This document shows positions 37,836 through 47,405 of a stretch of 64,000 bases of DNA, in pieces (within the stretch, counting starts at the first letter, position 1; every line of letters starts with the position of its first letter). Where the stretch lies: contig CAXXHA010000010.1 of NCBI GenBank assembly GCA_963662265.2, forward strand, positions 64,001 through 128,000, given 5' to 3'. The translations under genes and the position numbers were made by a program. The DNA is from Spirochaetia bacterium. GTDB lineage: Bacteria > Spirochaetota > Spirochaetia > CADAEX01. The notes under the pieces were generated by a model, which saw only the letters and a list, made by a program, of their open reading frames with translations, had not been told where the DNA came from and ran no database searches.

Positions 37836-39514
37836 ATTCCATTCCATCCTTCCGGCGGAGTCCTGCCGGAAATTCTTTCTATGAATACGTCAGCGGCAGG
37901 AAGACGTGAAATTGAAAAATTCTTTTCCGCGCTTCTCCAGTCACCTCTATAATATTCTTTAAGTGCTGTGTTGTATGTTTTAAGTTTCGCTTCAAGTTCA
38001 TCATCAAGTGTATCCACCTGAACAGGCCAGAATATTTTCTTGCCTGTGTTTTTCCCTTTTACCTTAACTATATCGAGTTCCTGAAAATAGTAGTCTTCAG
38101 TATACTCCGAAGCATCATCCCTGATATATTCCGAACATATTACAGGGACCTTATATATCCTGGTAAGTCCTTCCAGACGGGAAGCAGAGTTTACATTATC
38201 TCCGATAACTGTGTTTGTCATACGCTCATTGGAGCCGATATTTCCGTAGAAAACCTCTCCTCCGTCAATCCCGACTCCGACTTCAATGAGAACTGCCTTG
38301 TATACAATTTCCTCAGCCCTGGTAAGAGCGCCTCTTCTCCTTACAATCTCTTCCCTTTTTTCAATCATCTTTTTCCTGAGATCCGCAGCTACTTCCTGGA
38401 TCCTGTATGATGACTGTAGAGCTTCAACCGACTTGTTTTCCGCAAGATCGTCAAATGTTCCGAAGATTGCAAGAAGAGCATCCCCGATAATTGATCCTAC
38501 AATACCCTCTTTCCTGTGGACTTCTTTTATTGCATTCTGATAATGCATATTAATGAGATTGATAATATCTGTCCCAAGAACTTCTGTCATATTTGTAAAC
38601 TGCTTGATATCGGAAAAAATAATTGTCAGTTCCTTGGAAGAACCTTCAAGACGGATTTGTTTTTCCCGGTATGCCTTTTTAACAACATCAGCAGTTACAA
38701 ATTTCCTGAATATTGTCATAAGGTTATCTATATTGCTGGAAAGTGAATTAAATGACATTCCCAGCAGGGTAATATCATCATTGGGAGCATCGCCAAGATC
38801 AACAAGGCCGAATTTCTGCTCTTCCCTCATCTTCATTATCTGGTCAGTCATGCGCGGGACAAACCTCAGGATATGGCTGACAAGATAGATTCCCAGGGCG
38901 CTGCATATTATTGTAATGAAAATAATTATTATTGATATCCTGATAAAGACAACCCTGGTCTGGTGGTAGAATTCATTAACTTCTTCAGCCCTTACAAGAT
39001 AAGCATCCCACTTCCGGTTGTATTTTGTGACTCCGAAAAATTCACTGCTGCCTATCATGAAGTTAAGAGAATCTTCCTCTTTATTTTCTTTTTTCAGCTG
39101 ACTGATTTTCGCATCCAGACCGGCAAGATCTTTTTTTACCGGGGCTTTACCGGGTGATTTACTGAAAAGGATTTCCCCGTTCTGTGAAAGGCCAAGAAAG
39201 ACAGATCTCTCACCTTTCAGCTCCTTGAGAGCCCTTTCCCCGATATACCCCAGAGCTTCTTCTCTGTTCTGATTATAGGTGAAAATTTCATACTGGTTAT
39301 TGCAGAAAGTATGAAGATCTTTGAGGTCCCGGACCAGAAGCTGATTCATAAGCTTTATCTGGACACCGCGGTTGAGAACGAGATTGATATAATTTGTAGT
39401 AAAATTTGAAAGCAGAAGCAATATTATGAACAATCCGGTAATTTTGATAGTTATCGGGACTACTCGTGTCCCCCTGATGCTGTAACCGATCAGGCGTTTT
39501 AGTTTATTACCCAT
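37814..39514 (-). CDS. Membrane class III nucleotidyl (adenylate/guanylate) cyclase, TM-periplasmic-TM-HAMP-CYC
   Basis: TIIFSDI..FT, IIGDA, VGVGIDGG.V.YGNIGS..R, TVIGDNVNSASRLE, VKVKGK. Confidence 0.9.
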   Translation of the reverse strand: MGNKLKRLIGYSIRGTRVVPITIKITGLFIILLLLSNFTTNYINLVLNRGVQIKLMNQLLVRDLKDLHTFCNNQYEIFTYNQNREEALGYIGERALKELKGERSVFLGLSQNGEILFSKSPGKAPVKKDLAGLDAKISQLKKENKEEDSLNFMIGSSEFFGVTKYNRKWDAYLVRAEEVNEFYHQTRVVFIRISIIIIFITIICSALGIYLVSHILRFVPRMTDQIMKMREEQKFGLVDLGDAPNDDITLLGMSFNSLSSNIDNLMTIFRKFVTADVVKKAYREKQIRLEGSSKELTIIFSDIKQFTNMTEVLGTDIINLINMHYQNAIKEVHRKEGIVGSIIGDALLAIFGTFDDLAENKSVEALQSSYRIQEVAADLRKKMIEKREEIVRRRGALTRAEEIVYKAVLIEVGVGIDGGEVFYGNIGSNERMTNTVIGDNVNSASRLEGLTRIYKVPVICSEYIRDDASEYTEDYYFQELDIVKVKGKNTGKKIFWPVQVDTLDDELEAKLKTYNTALKEYYRGDWRSAEKNFSISRLPAADVFIERISGRTPPEGWNGIWTMTEK

Positions 39515-39845
39515 TATATTATCCGATTACAACCATTTTATGGTACTTCTGCTGTAAAAGCAATTAAATAAATTCTGCAGCAATTACTCAAAATATAACC
39601 AGACATGGTTTCAGCCTTATAAACGGCATATGCCTCTTTATCTATAGCATATAAGGAAATATTTCCGGCTCAAACAGAAAAAATCTGCGGATTCTGCTTA
39701 TTCATCACCGATACAATTAAAAACATAAAAACAATAACCTGATGTTATCAAACCTTTGACAGCTGTTGTATAAATCCTCTTTTTTTGGTTATATAGCTGT
39801 GAAAGCAGTGACTGTTTTTTTATTTTATTTTACTGGAGAAATACT

Positions 39846-40451
39846 ATGTATGTCGTATGTCTTGATCTTGAAGGGGTTCTGGTCCCTGAAATCTGGATCA
39901 ATGTTGCCCTGAAAACAGGAATTGAAGAACTCAAACTTACTACAAGAGATATTTCAGACTATGATGTTCTTATGAAGAAAAGAATCGGTATTCTTGATGA
40001 GCACAACCTGAAACTCAAAGATATCCAGGATGTAATTACTACAATGGATCCTCTTGTGGGAGCATTTGATTTTATTGAAAAACTCAGGGAAAACACACAG
40101 GTTGTAATACTTTCAGATACATTCCGACAGTTTGCAAAACCTCTCATGAAAAAGCTTGCATGGCCGACTCTTTTCTGCAACGATCTTATTGTCAACAGCG
40201 ATGATCAGATTACCGGTTACAAACTCAGGCAGAAAGACGGTAAAAAGTTTGCTGTACAGGGATTTCATTCAATGGGCCTCAAGGTCGCGGCATCAGGAGA
40301 TTCCTATAACGATCTTTCAATGATAAAAGAAGCTGACGGGGGAGTTCTGTTCTGCCCGCCTGAACAGATTGTTCTTGATAATCCGAATCTGCCTGTTGCT
40401 CATAATTATGAAGAGCTCTTCAGACATATATCCAATATAATTGCTGAATAG
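39846..40451 (+). CDS. thrH: Phosphoserine phosphatase / homoserine phosphotransferase
   Basis: CLDLEGVLVPEIW, TTRDI.DYDVLM, ILSDTF.QFA.PLM..L.WPTLFC, GDSYND.SM. Confidence 0.93.
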   Translation: MYVVCLDLEGVLVPEIWINVALKTGIEELKLTTRDISDYDVLMKKRIGILDEHNLKLKDIQDVITTMDPLVGAFDFIEKLRENTQVVILSDTFRQFAKPLMKKLAWPTLFCNDLIVNSDDQITGYKLRQKDGKKFAVQGFHSMGLKVAASGDSYNDLSMIKEADGGVLFCPPEQIVLDNPNLPVAHNYEELFRHISNIIAE

Positions 40452-40483
40452 CCTTTAAAAACAGAGTAATTCAGTCAATTCAG

Positions 40484-40530
40484 GCCCGGCCGCTTCTGAG
40501 GGGAACCCTTAAAAACGGCCGGGTTTTATT
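40484..40530. terminator. Stem-loop between the convergent thrH and histidine kinase genes
   Basis: CCCGGCCG...GAGGG-gaa-CCCTT...CGGCCGGG followed by TTTT. Confidence 0.6.
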
Positions 40531-42971
40531 TAGTCCTGTTTTTTCAGAAAATCAAGCAGAATATTAAATTCTGACTCAACTACCGGGATAAGGCTTCCTG
40601 ATTCTTCTTTGTTTTTTTCTTTTGCACTTTTTTCAAGCAAGGCTGCTGCATCTCCAAGACGTTCCATAGAAAGGTTGAGCCCGCCCCCCTTGATGGAATG
40701 GGCTTCCCTGGTAAGATCCTCATATTTTTCCGATTCGAGAAGCTCCTTCATTATTGCAAGCTGCCCGGTTACCCTGTCCCTGAATTCTGCAAGAACCTCA
40801 TCAAGGACCTCTTTTTCTCCCATGAAAGTTTCAAGCGCTGCATTGTAATCAAAGACAACCCTGCCTGTGTCAGCGGCAATCTCATCAGTTTCCTCAGAAA
40901 TACCAAGATCAGATATTTTCGGATCATCAACTATAATCTCATCAAGCTCTTCAGAATCATCTGCAATTTCAAGTTCTTCGAGCTCTGCAACTTCTTCATC
41001 TCTGAGAAGCCACTTGTTTATTACAGGGAAGAGATCTCCCTTCTTAAACGGCTTGGTCAGGAAATCATCCATCCCGGCATCTATACACTTGTTTTTTTCA
41101 CCGGCAACAGCATTGGCTGTCACCGCAATTACAGGAGTCTTCACCCCTTTTTCCCTGATTTTCTCAGTTGCCTGAAAACCGTTCATCACAGGCATCTGTA
41201 TATCCATGAATATCAGGTCAAAATCATCTGAATCAACAGCATCGGAGGCTTCCTTCCCGTTGTTGGCAACTACAACATCGATATTCAGGTTATTGAGAAT
41301 CGTCTTGAAAAGCTTCTGATTGACATAATAATCTTCCGCCAGGAGAACTTTTTTCCTGTTTGAAGCAAGGAGTTCACTTATAATTTTCTGTTCAGCCTCG
41401 GTATCATCACTCTGGGGAGTATCAAGATCAACCACAATGTCGAGTGCCTTGAAAATAGCCTTGTAAAGCTCCCACTTTTTAACCGGCTTGTTAAGATACT
41501 CATTGAACCAGTTCAGAAGCTTCATTTTAGCCTCATCGCCGCTCTTTCCCACAGGAGTCATCAGTATTTTATTAATATCACTGAAATTTTCATCAGCATT
41601 AAGCTCTCCTGCAAGCTGCCATCCGTCCATTCCAGGCATTTTTTTGTCAATTATTATAAGGTCAATTTTTTCATAGGTTTTATTCTCTTTCATTTTAAGA
41701 AAATCAAGAGCTGCCCGGCCTGAGACTGCTTCATATACTGTCGCACCAAGTTCCTCAACATATTTCCTTATCTGCTTCCTGCTCCTTGTATTGTCATCAA
41801 CAATAAGAACTTCAAAATTATCAGGGAGCTTGTCAGGGGGAAAATACTTCTTAGTAGTACTCTCAACCTCTTTTACCGGAAAGGCAAACCAGAAAACAGA
41901 ACCCTTACCCTCAATACTGTCTACACCTATCTTACCTTTGAAGAGGTGGACAAGATTCTTGCATATTGAAAGCCCGAGGCCTGTTCCTCCGTATTTCCTG
42001 GTTACAGATGAATCAACCTGGGAGAAAGACCTGAAAAGCTTGTCCTTCCTGTCTTCAGGTATACCTATTCCTGTATCACGAATGGAAAACTGCAGAACAG
42101 CACGGCCTGATACCCTTTTTGCAACAGAGCAGCTTATAGCGATTTCCCCTTTTGAAGTAAATTTAATCGCATTGTTAAGGAGATTTATTATTATCTGCCT
42201 CAGCCTTACAGGGTCTCCTGTTACTATTTCAGGGACATCAGGTGCAATGGATAATATAACTTCAAGATCCTTTTTATGGGCTTCCATAGATATCAGTGAT
42301 ACTGCCGCTTCAAGAGTTTCATAAAGATCAAATGCAATTTTTTCAACAACAAGCTTGCCTGCTTCAATCTTTGAAAAATCGAGAATATCATTTATCAGAT
42401 TAAGAAGCACCTCGGCTGAAAAGAAAATCTGCTGACCGTATTCCTCCTGCTCGACATCAAGAGCTGTCTCGAGGAGAAGTTCTGTCATACCCATGATTGT
42501 ATGGAGCGGAGTCCTTATCTCATGGCTCATGTTTGCAAGAAATTCAGATTTTGTTTTTGTAGCCTGTTCTGCAAGCTGTTTTGCCGCTTCAAGCTTGCCG
42601 TGGTCCTCTTTCAGTTCAGTAATATCTTCGAAATAAGCTATGAAAAGCTTTTTCCCTTCATATTCAGAACCTGATGAGAGCCTTATCTTGACCCATTTTT
42701 CAACAGGTCCGGAAGAACTGTACAGATATTCGAATTTGCTCTTAAACAGAGAATCATTTTTTACTTTTTCGAATTCAGCAGAAAAGGCCTGGTAAAATTC
42801 CTTCTGAAAACATCCGGATACAGAAGAACCTGAAAGATCCTCTGTATCACAGAAAATATAATTAAGCAGAGATTTATTATGGACAATAATTTTCTCTTCT
42901 TCATCAAAAATAATAATTCCGTAGCTGGAATTTAGAAAAAAATCAAAAAGACTTTTATCAAGCGCTTTCAT
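40530..42971 (-). CDS. Cytoplasmic hybrid histidine kinase (PAS-HisKA-HATPase-REC-REC-HPt)
   Basis: FLANMSHEIRTP, NLLNNAIKFT, DTGIGI, GGTGLGL, two REC domains (IIDKKMP; FMDIQMP), HPt REAHSIKG. Confidence 0.95.
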   Translation of the reverse strand: MKALDKSLFDFFLNSSYGIIIFDEEEKIIVHNKSLLNYIFCDTEDLSGSSVSGCFQKEFYQAFSAEFEKVKNDSLFKSKFEYLYSSSGPVEKWVKIRLSSGSEYEGKKLFIAYFEDITELKEDHGKLEAAKQLAEQATKTKSEFLANMSHEIRTPLHTIMGMTELLLETALDVEQEEYGQQIFFSAEVLLNLINDILDFSKIEAGKLVVEKIAFDLYETLEAAVSLISMEAHKKDLEVILSIAPDVPEIVTGDPVRLRQIIINLLNNAIKFTSKGEIAISCSVAKRVSGRAVLQFSIRDTGIGIPEDRKDKLFRSFSQVDSSVTRKYGGTGLGLSICKNLVHLFKGKIGVDSIEGKGSVFWFAFPVKEVESTTKKYFPPDKLPDNFEVLIVDDNTRSRKQIRKYVEELGATVYEAVSGRAALDFLKMKENKTYEKIDLIIIDKKMPGMDGWQLAGELNADENFSDINKILMTPVGKSGDEAKMKLLNWFNEYLNKPVKKWELYKAIFKALDIVVDLDTPQSDDTEAEQKIISELLASNRKKVLLAEDYYVNQKLFKTILNNLNIDVVVANNGKEASDAVDSDDFDLIFMDIQMPVMNGFQATEKIREKGVKTPVIAVTANAVAGEKNKCIDAGMDDFLTKPFKKGDLFPVINKWLLRDEEVAELEELEIADDSEELDEIIVDDPKISDLGISEETDEIAADTGRVVFDYNAALETFMGEKEVLDEVLAEFRDRVTGQLAIMKELLESEKYEDLTREAHSIKGGGLNLSMERLGDAAALLEKSAKEKNKEESGSLIPVVESEFNILLDFLKKQD

Positions 42972-42991
42972 CTAACCTGCCTTAATAATGA

Positions 42992-44239
42992 TTAAATACC
43001 AAGACTCAGTACTTCTGCTGTTTTTCTCTGGATTGCATCCGGTTTAAGAGGTTTTATCATATAGCTTTTTACACCCAGGTTTACAGCTTTGAGAACTGTC
43101 TCCTTTCTTGAAAGTGCGGACAGAACAATTACAGGATTTACTATATTATTTTCCCTCAGATAATTAAGCACAGTAAAACCATCCATTTCCGGCATCATAA
43201 GATCGAGAAATACAAGGTCATATTTATTGTCAGCAACTGTATCGACAAATTCTTTCCCGTTTTCAAAAAGAGATATATCCCATTTCAGGTTCCTGAAAAC
43301 TGTCTTGACCAGCTGCCTGATAACAAGGTCATCATCAACAATTGCAATACGGATATCATCTCCGAATGTCTCAAGCTCCATGAAAGTTTTTTCATTGTCA
43401 AACCGCATCTGAAAATTATCGCTGTCTGCACTGCCATGTTCATTGGCAAGAAGTGCTTCACCGACAATCTTGTCCTGCGCAAAACTGTCCCCCTTGATTC
43501 CTATCAGATCATCAAGCGCCTGGCTCAGATTTGCAGTCAGCCCGATTTTCCTGAATTCGGGAGTTGACTTTACATATTCCTTTACAACATCAGAATTTGT
43601 AAGGATCCTGATATGCTCCGGTTTATCTCGGCTTTTTTCCAGTATTGTATCAAGCAGTGCCCTGAGCTTGTAAATCTGCTTGTCATCAATATCAAGACCG
43701 CTCATCATCAGAAGGAATTTGGGAACTGCAGCCTGATAAAGCTTGATAAGCTCATCAATTTTATATCTCAGGAGTTCGATCTTTTCTGTATTAAGCCCTT
43801 TTGCAACTTCAAGAAACAGTATTTCATCATTGTAATGGGCCTCGATTATACATGGTGTGTCATCAACTTCTATTGTTACACCTGTCACTTCTGTTATCCC
43901 CTTGAAAAGTAGATCCATCTTCACAGGCTTGGGAAATATTTTTTTCACACCGAATTTTGCGAATTCAGCAATTTTTCTCTTATCTATTTTATTAGATATA
44001 AGGATAACATCTGTATCTTTGGTATTTGGATTTGAATGCTTCTCTGTGAGTATCTCCTGGCAGCTCTTTCTTGAAAGCAGGTGGTCCATGATTATAAGGT
44101 CAGGAAGAACTTTCCTGAGCTTGAGAGACCCGTCAAGACCGTTAACCCCATATTCGACTTCAAAATTATGTTCAGTAAATTTTTTCCCGAGATACTCCCT
44201 GAACATCTCGGATTCATCAATTATCAGTACTTTTTTCAA
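42992..44239 (-). CDS. Response regulator, REC - STAS-like - REC (probable TTG start 44239)
   Basis: GGAGG SD before TTG; REC1 VLIIDE...LIIMD...PKP; REC2 AIVDDD...FLDLMMP.MDG...IKP; middle ILFLEVAKGLN...LRYKIDEL...LLMMSGL. Confidence 0.85.
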   Translation of the reverse strand: MKKVLIIDESEMFREYLGKKFTEHNFEVEYGVNGLDGSLKLRKVLPDLIIMDHLLSRKSCQEILTEKHSNPNTKDTDVILISNKIDKRKIAEFAKFGVKKIFPKPVKMDLLFKGITEVTGVTIEVDDTPCIIEAHYNDEILFLEVAKGLNTEKIELLRYKIDELIKLYQAAVPKFLLMMSGLDIDDKQIYKLRALLDTILEKSRDKPEHIRILTNSDVVKEYVKSTPEFRKIGLTANLSQALDDLIGIKGDSFAQDKIVGEALLANEHGSADSDNFQMRFDNEKTFMELETFGDDIRIAIVDDDLVIRQLVKTVFRNLKWDISLFENGKEFVDTVADNKYDLVFLDLMMPEMDGFTVLNYLRENNIVNPVIVLSALSRKETVLKAVNLGVKSYMIKPLKPDAIQRKTAEVLSLGI

Positions 44240-46379
44240 CTTTTTCCTCCGTCTCAATTTTAAATATGTCTGAAAGGACCTCCCTCGTAACTGCATAAAG
44301 AGGAGGAATTCCCTCTGAAAGCTCCATTTTCATAGACAGCTGATTTCCTTCCGCGGCAGGAAGATCAGACACATAATAATAAAAATTCATAGGTATCTTA
44401 TCAGGAATCAGACCATACTGCCGGGCTTCGACAATCTGGCGCAGATAAAAAACACCTTCCATCTCAAGACCAATGCTTCCCCACATATGCCTGTAAAATG
44501 AAAGCATCATCCTGTTCTGAAACAATGTCCCTGCAACTGTCAGCATGGGCCCCTTATATATTTTACGGCCGGGCAGTCTTTTTTGTAAATCATTTATTCT
44601 GTCAATCGCCCTGTTTTCCACCGGGAGGAATAAATCTTCAGACTGCTCCACAAACGCTGTGGGAAGAAGAATATCCCCCCTGCTTCCTACAAGGGAACCG
44701 GTTTTTCCCAGAATATTTATACTGCCGATATTTTTTCCGAAAAGGAGAAGCAGGTTCCGCATTATCTCCCCGGCCTGCTCGCCGAATGCATAGTCAATAT
44801 TAAGAATAATTGATTCTGAATCTGATGGGATCTGCCCCACTCCCGGATCAATTTTCTTGTCCTTGAGCTTTTTAAGGCTGAAAAGCTGAACCTTGATGCC
44901 TGTGGAGGCTGTCCTGTCCAGAGTAACTATCCCTTCAGGAAAATTTACTTTTGATTTTTTCTTGATATTTTTTTCAGGACTTCGTTCGCCTTTCCTGTCT
45001 GTATTATCATACTCATCTCCCACCTGCTCCGGCTGGTTCTCTTCTTCATCTTCCGGTTCATAATCCTTGAGAAGAGCATAAAGGGTATCAAACCTGTTGT
45101 CCCATTCCTCATTAAGCGCTGGATGCCCCGACTCTCTTCCCCATTCAATTATTGTATCAATGCTTTCAGAGAGATCAGGATTCAGGCAGTTAAGCACAGA
45201 ATGTGTATTGCTGCTGATAATATGGATCTTTATATTTTCCGGAAGTTCGGTGGGATTGAACCCTGTCAGTTTTCTTGCAGCATCACCGATCTGGGAAAGC
45301 CACATTTCAGAACGCCTGGTATTATAGAGATCCACCTGTTTTTTAATTATCAGGCTGAATATTCCGCTGTGTGTCAGGACTTTGAAAACCTGTTCCAGTG
45401 TATCGTCCGGCCATATTATTTTAAGCCCCTCAACTTCATCATTATTAAAGGGAAGATAATTATAAAGCTTTTTCTCCTCTTTAGGCGATTTATTATCTGA
45501 GTTGAGATACTTCTTAAGCATGAGTATAAGCTTGTAGTCAGACAGCCTTCTTCTGATCTTTTCCGATTCAACAGTAAAGACACATAGACAGGTTATAAGG
45601 TCGAGAATATCTGATATACCGGGCCTGTAAAGCATCATTGTCTGGCCGGGAAGCATTTTCCATCCCCGCCTTCTCCGTGCCTGGGCAGGAACAGGGCTGA
45701 AAAGCTTCCATGGTTCGGAATAGTGCTCGTAAAGCTCATCTATGAGAATATATATGAAGTTTTCCGTTACATTGCAGGGAAGCCGTTTTACAGCATAGTC
45801 AAGGGCCTGAAAATCAATTACTTCAGTATCAAGCACTTTTGAATGAAGAGCAGGCTCCATTGCCTTGTAAAAAGGGATCAGGTCCTGAATTTCAATATGC
45901 TCTCTTGTAAGCCCCTGCACAACTTCAGCCTTGAACCTGTCAAAAGCTGCAAAAATCCCCTGCTTGTCTCTCAGGATGTTGCTCATTGTTTTTGAGAACT
46001 GCTTTGATGTGTGAAGAAGGTTTCTGAATTTCTTTCCCGACAGGCTGTAGCACTTTATGTCTGAAAGAGCCCTGACTGTCGAGAGACGCTTCTGATTGAA
46101 AATAGCAGACCGTTCACCGAAATAGTGCCCCCCTGTTATTACATTAATCCTGTTTTCTGTACCATCCTCTTTCTCATCTACAGTTTCGACAACACCTCTG
46201 CTGAGAATATAGACAACATCATCAGAATCCCCTTTCCGGTAAATTATATCGCCTTTGTGATATTTATTTTCCTTCAGTTCTGATACCAGTCTGTCTTTTT
46301 CCCTTGCAGAAAGAAACCTGAAAGGCATTATCCTGTCAAGGAGATTAAACAATATGGTTCTGTCTTCAATTTTATTCAA
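44217..46379 (-). CDS. cNMP-binding domain fused to a C-terminal nucleoside phosphorylase/AMP-nucleosidase-like (DUF6909-like) region
   Basis: CAP-like G..IYRKGD....VY....G.V...G.YFGE...F...RLSTVRA; C-terminal GKTGSL.G..GDILLP, G.MLTV, GLEMEG, YYVSD.P. Confidence 0.75.
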   Translation of the reverse strand: MNKIEDRTILFNLLDRIMPFRFLSAREKDRLVSELKENKYHKGDIIYRKGDSDDVVYILSRGVVETVDEKEDGTENRINVITGGHYFGERSAIFNQKRLSTVRALSDIKCYSLSGKKFRNLLHTSKQFSKTMSNILRDKQGIFAAFDRFKAEVVQGLTREHIEIQDLIPFYKAMEPALHSKVLDTEVIDFQALDYAVKRLPCNVTENFIYILIDELYEHYSEPWKLFSPVPAQARRRRGWKMLPGQTMMLYRPGISDILDLITCLCVFTVESEKIRRRLSDYKLILMLKKYLNSDNKSPKEEKKLYNYLPFNNDEVEGLKIIWPDDTLEQVFKVLTHSGIFSLIIKKQVDLYNTRRSEMWLSQIGDAARKLTGFNPTELPENIKIHIISSNTHSVLNCLNPDLSESIDTIIEWGRESGHPALNEEWDNRFDTLYALLKDYEPEDEEENQPEQVGDEYDNTDRKGERSPEKNIKKKSKVNFPEGIVTLDRTASTGIKVQLFSLKKLKDKKIDPGVGQIPSDSESIILNIDYAFGEQAGEIMRNLLLLFGKNIGSINILGKTGSLVGSRGDILLPTAFVEQSEDLFLPVENRAIDRINDLQKRLPGRKIYKGPMLTVAGTLFQNRMMLSFYRHMWGSIGLEMEGVFYLRQIVEARQYGLIPDKIPMNFYYYVSDLPAAEGNQLSMKMELSEGIPPLYAVTREVLSDIFKIETEEKVEKSTDN

Positions 46380-46468
46380 TTCTGTTTTTCCTGGTTTTAA
46401 TTATACTACAGAAATATAATATCCTGTAATCAGGCAGAGACTGAAAAACAGCCTCTGCATTTTTTTAT

Positions 46469-46957
46469 CTAGAATTTATAGCTGAATTTTCTCAAGAGAG
46501 ATTTTCTGTCTTCCTTGTCCTTGTCAGTTTCAATACCTTTTGGAGAAAATCCGTCTATAACACCTGCAACGCCTCTTCCCTGCTCCGATTCAGCAATAAT
46601 TGCCTGAAGAGGATTGGCTGTTGCGGCAAATATTCCCACTATTTCCTGGCAGTTCTGAATCTGCGTCAGAACATTTATTGGAAATGCATTTCTAATATAC
46701 AGAATAAATGTATGGCCGGCAGCAACTTTTTCCGCATTGCCGGCAGCTGCCTTGACAAGCTCATCAGAATTCCCCTCAGTTCTTATCAGGCAGGGACCTG
46801 ATGCTTCACAGAAAGCAAGTCCGAATTCAATTCCCGGAACTGAACCGATAAGAATTTCAGAGACATCTTCGACTGTCTTGATAAAATGAGACTGTCCGAA
46901 TATAACATTACAGTTTTCCGGAATATCAATCTGTACTGTACTTAATTTTAAATCCAT
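46469..46957 (-). CDS. Adenosine-specific kinase family (adenosine/AMP-binding) protein
   Basis: [56 protein letters not shown]. Confidence 0.9.
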   Translation of the reverse strand: MDLKLSTVQIDIPENCNVIFGQSHFIKTVEDVSEILIGSVPGIEFGLAFCEASGPCLIRTEGNSDELVKAAAGNAEKVAAGHTFILYIRNAFPINVLTQIQNCQEIVGIFAATANPLQAIIAESEQGRGVAGVIDGFSPKGIETDKDKEDRKSLLRKFSYKF

Positions 46958-47325
46958 AAATTATTCTCCGTTTTTTTTACTATACTCCCCTTATACAACG
47001 GGGTAAATGTTTTTTTTCGCATCTCCGCATGTCGTGTTTTATATGCAGGGTAAAAAGCTGCTGCTGCACCGGAATTAACCGGAACCAGCTTCTGAAGCAA
47101 AGACTGGATATTCCTGTCCTCTTGTTTTCAGGAATACTGATCCTTCAGAGAACACGGTATACTCTGAGGAGCTGCTCTTTAATCAACAATCCCTTTGTCA
47201 CCGGTTCCGGCGGGTACTGTTTTTTTGCAGGCAGCGGGGGATCAGACCCGGCCTGCGAATAAAAGCTCTCTAATCTGAATAATTCCGCCATATCGAGGCT
47301 GCAAATCAGCCGAACAGGGTAATGC

Positions 47326-47377
47326 AAAAAAACTCCCCGGATATAGCTGTCAGGCCTTGCATCAGGGGAGTTTTTTT
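47326..47377 (-). terminator. Intrinsic terminator after pheT (bidirectional form)
   Basis: AAAAAAACTCCCC...GGGGAGTTTTTTT. Confidence 0.8.
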
Positions 47378-47405
47378 ACTGATATTATTACTGCATGTAA
47401 ACTGT

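Noticed and set aside
37814-46379. Canonical Pycsar or Detocs defence system
   Set aside because: The cyclase is a membrane HAMP-type in its own operon, separated by thrH. The kinase is a standard PAS hybrid, the PNP-like domain is not REC-fused, and the neighbourhood is housekeeping. Kept only as an analogy.
46958-47325. Small ORFs or ncRNA between pheT and the adenosine-kinase-family gene
   Set aside because: ORFs 47029-47262 and 47145-47327 have no SD or recognisable features, and no recognisable RNA motif is present.
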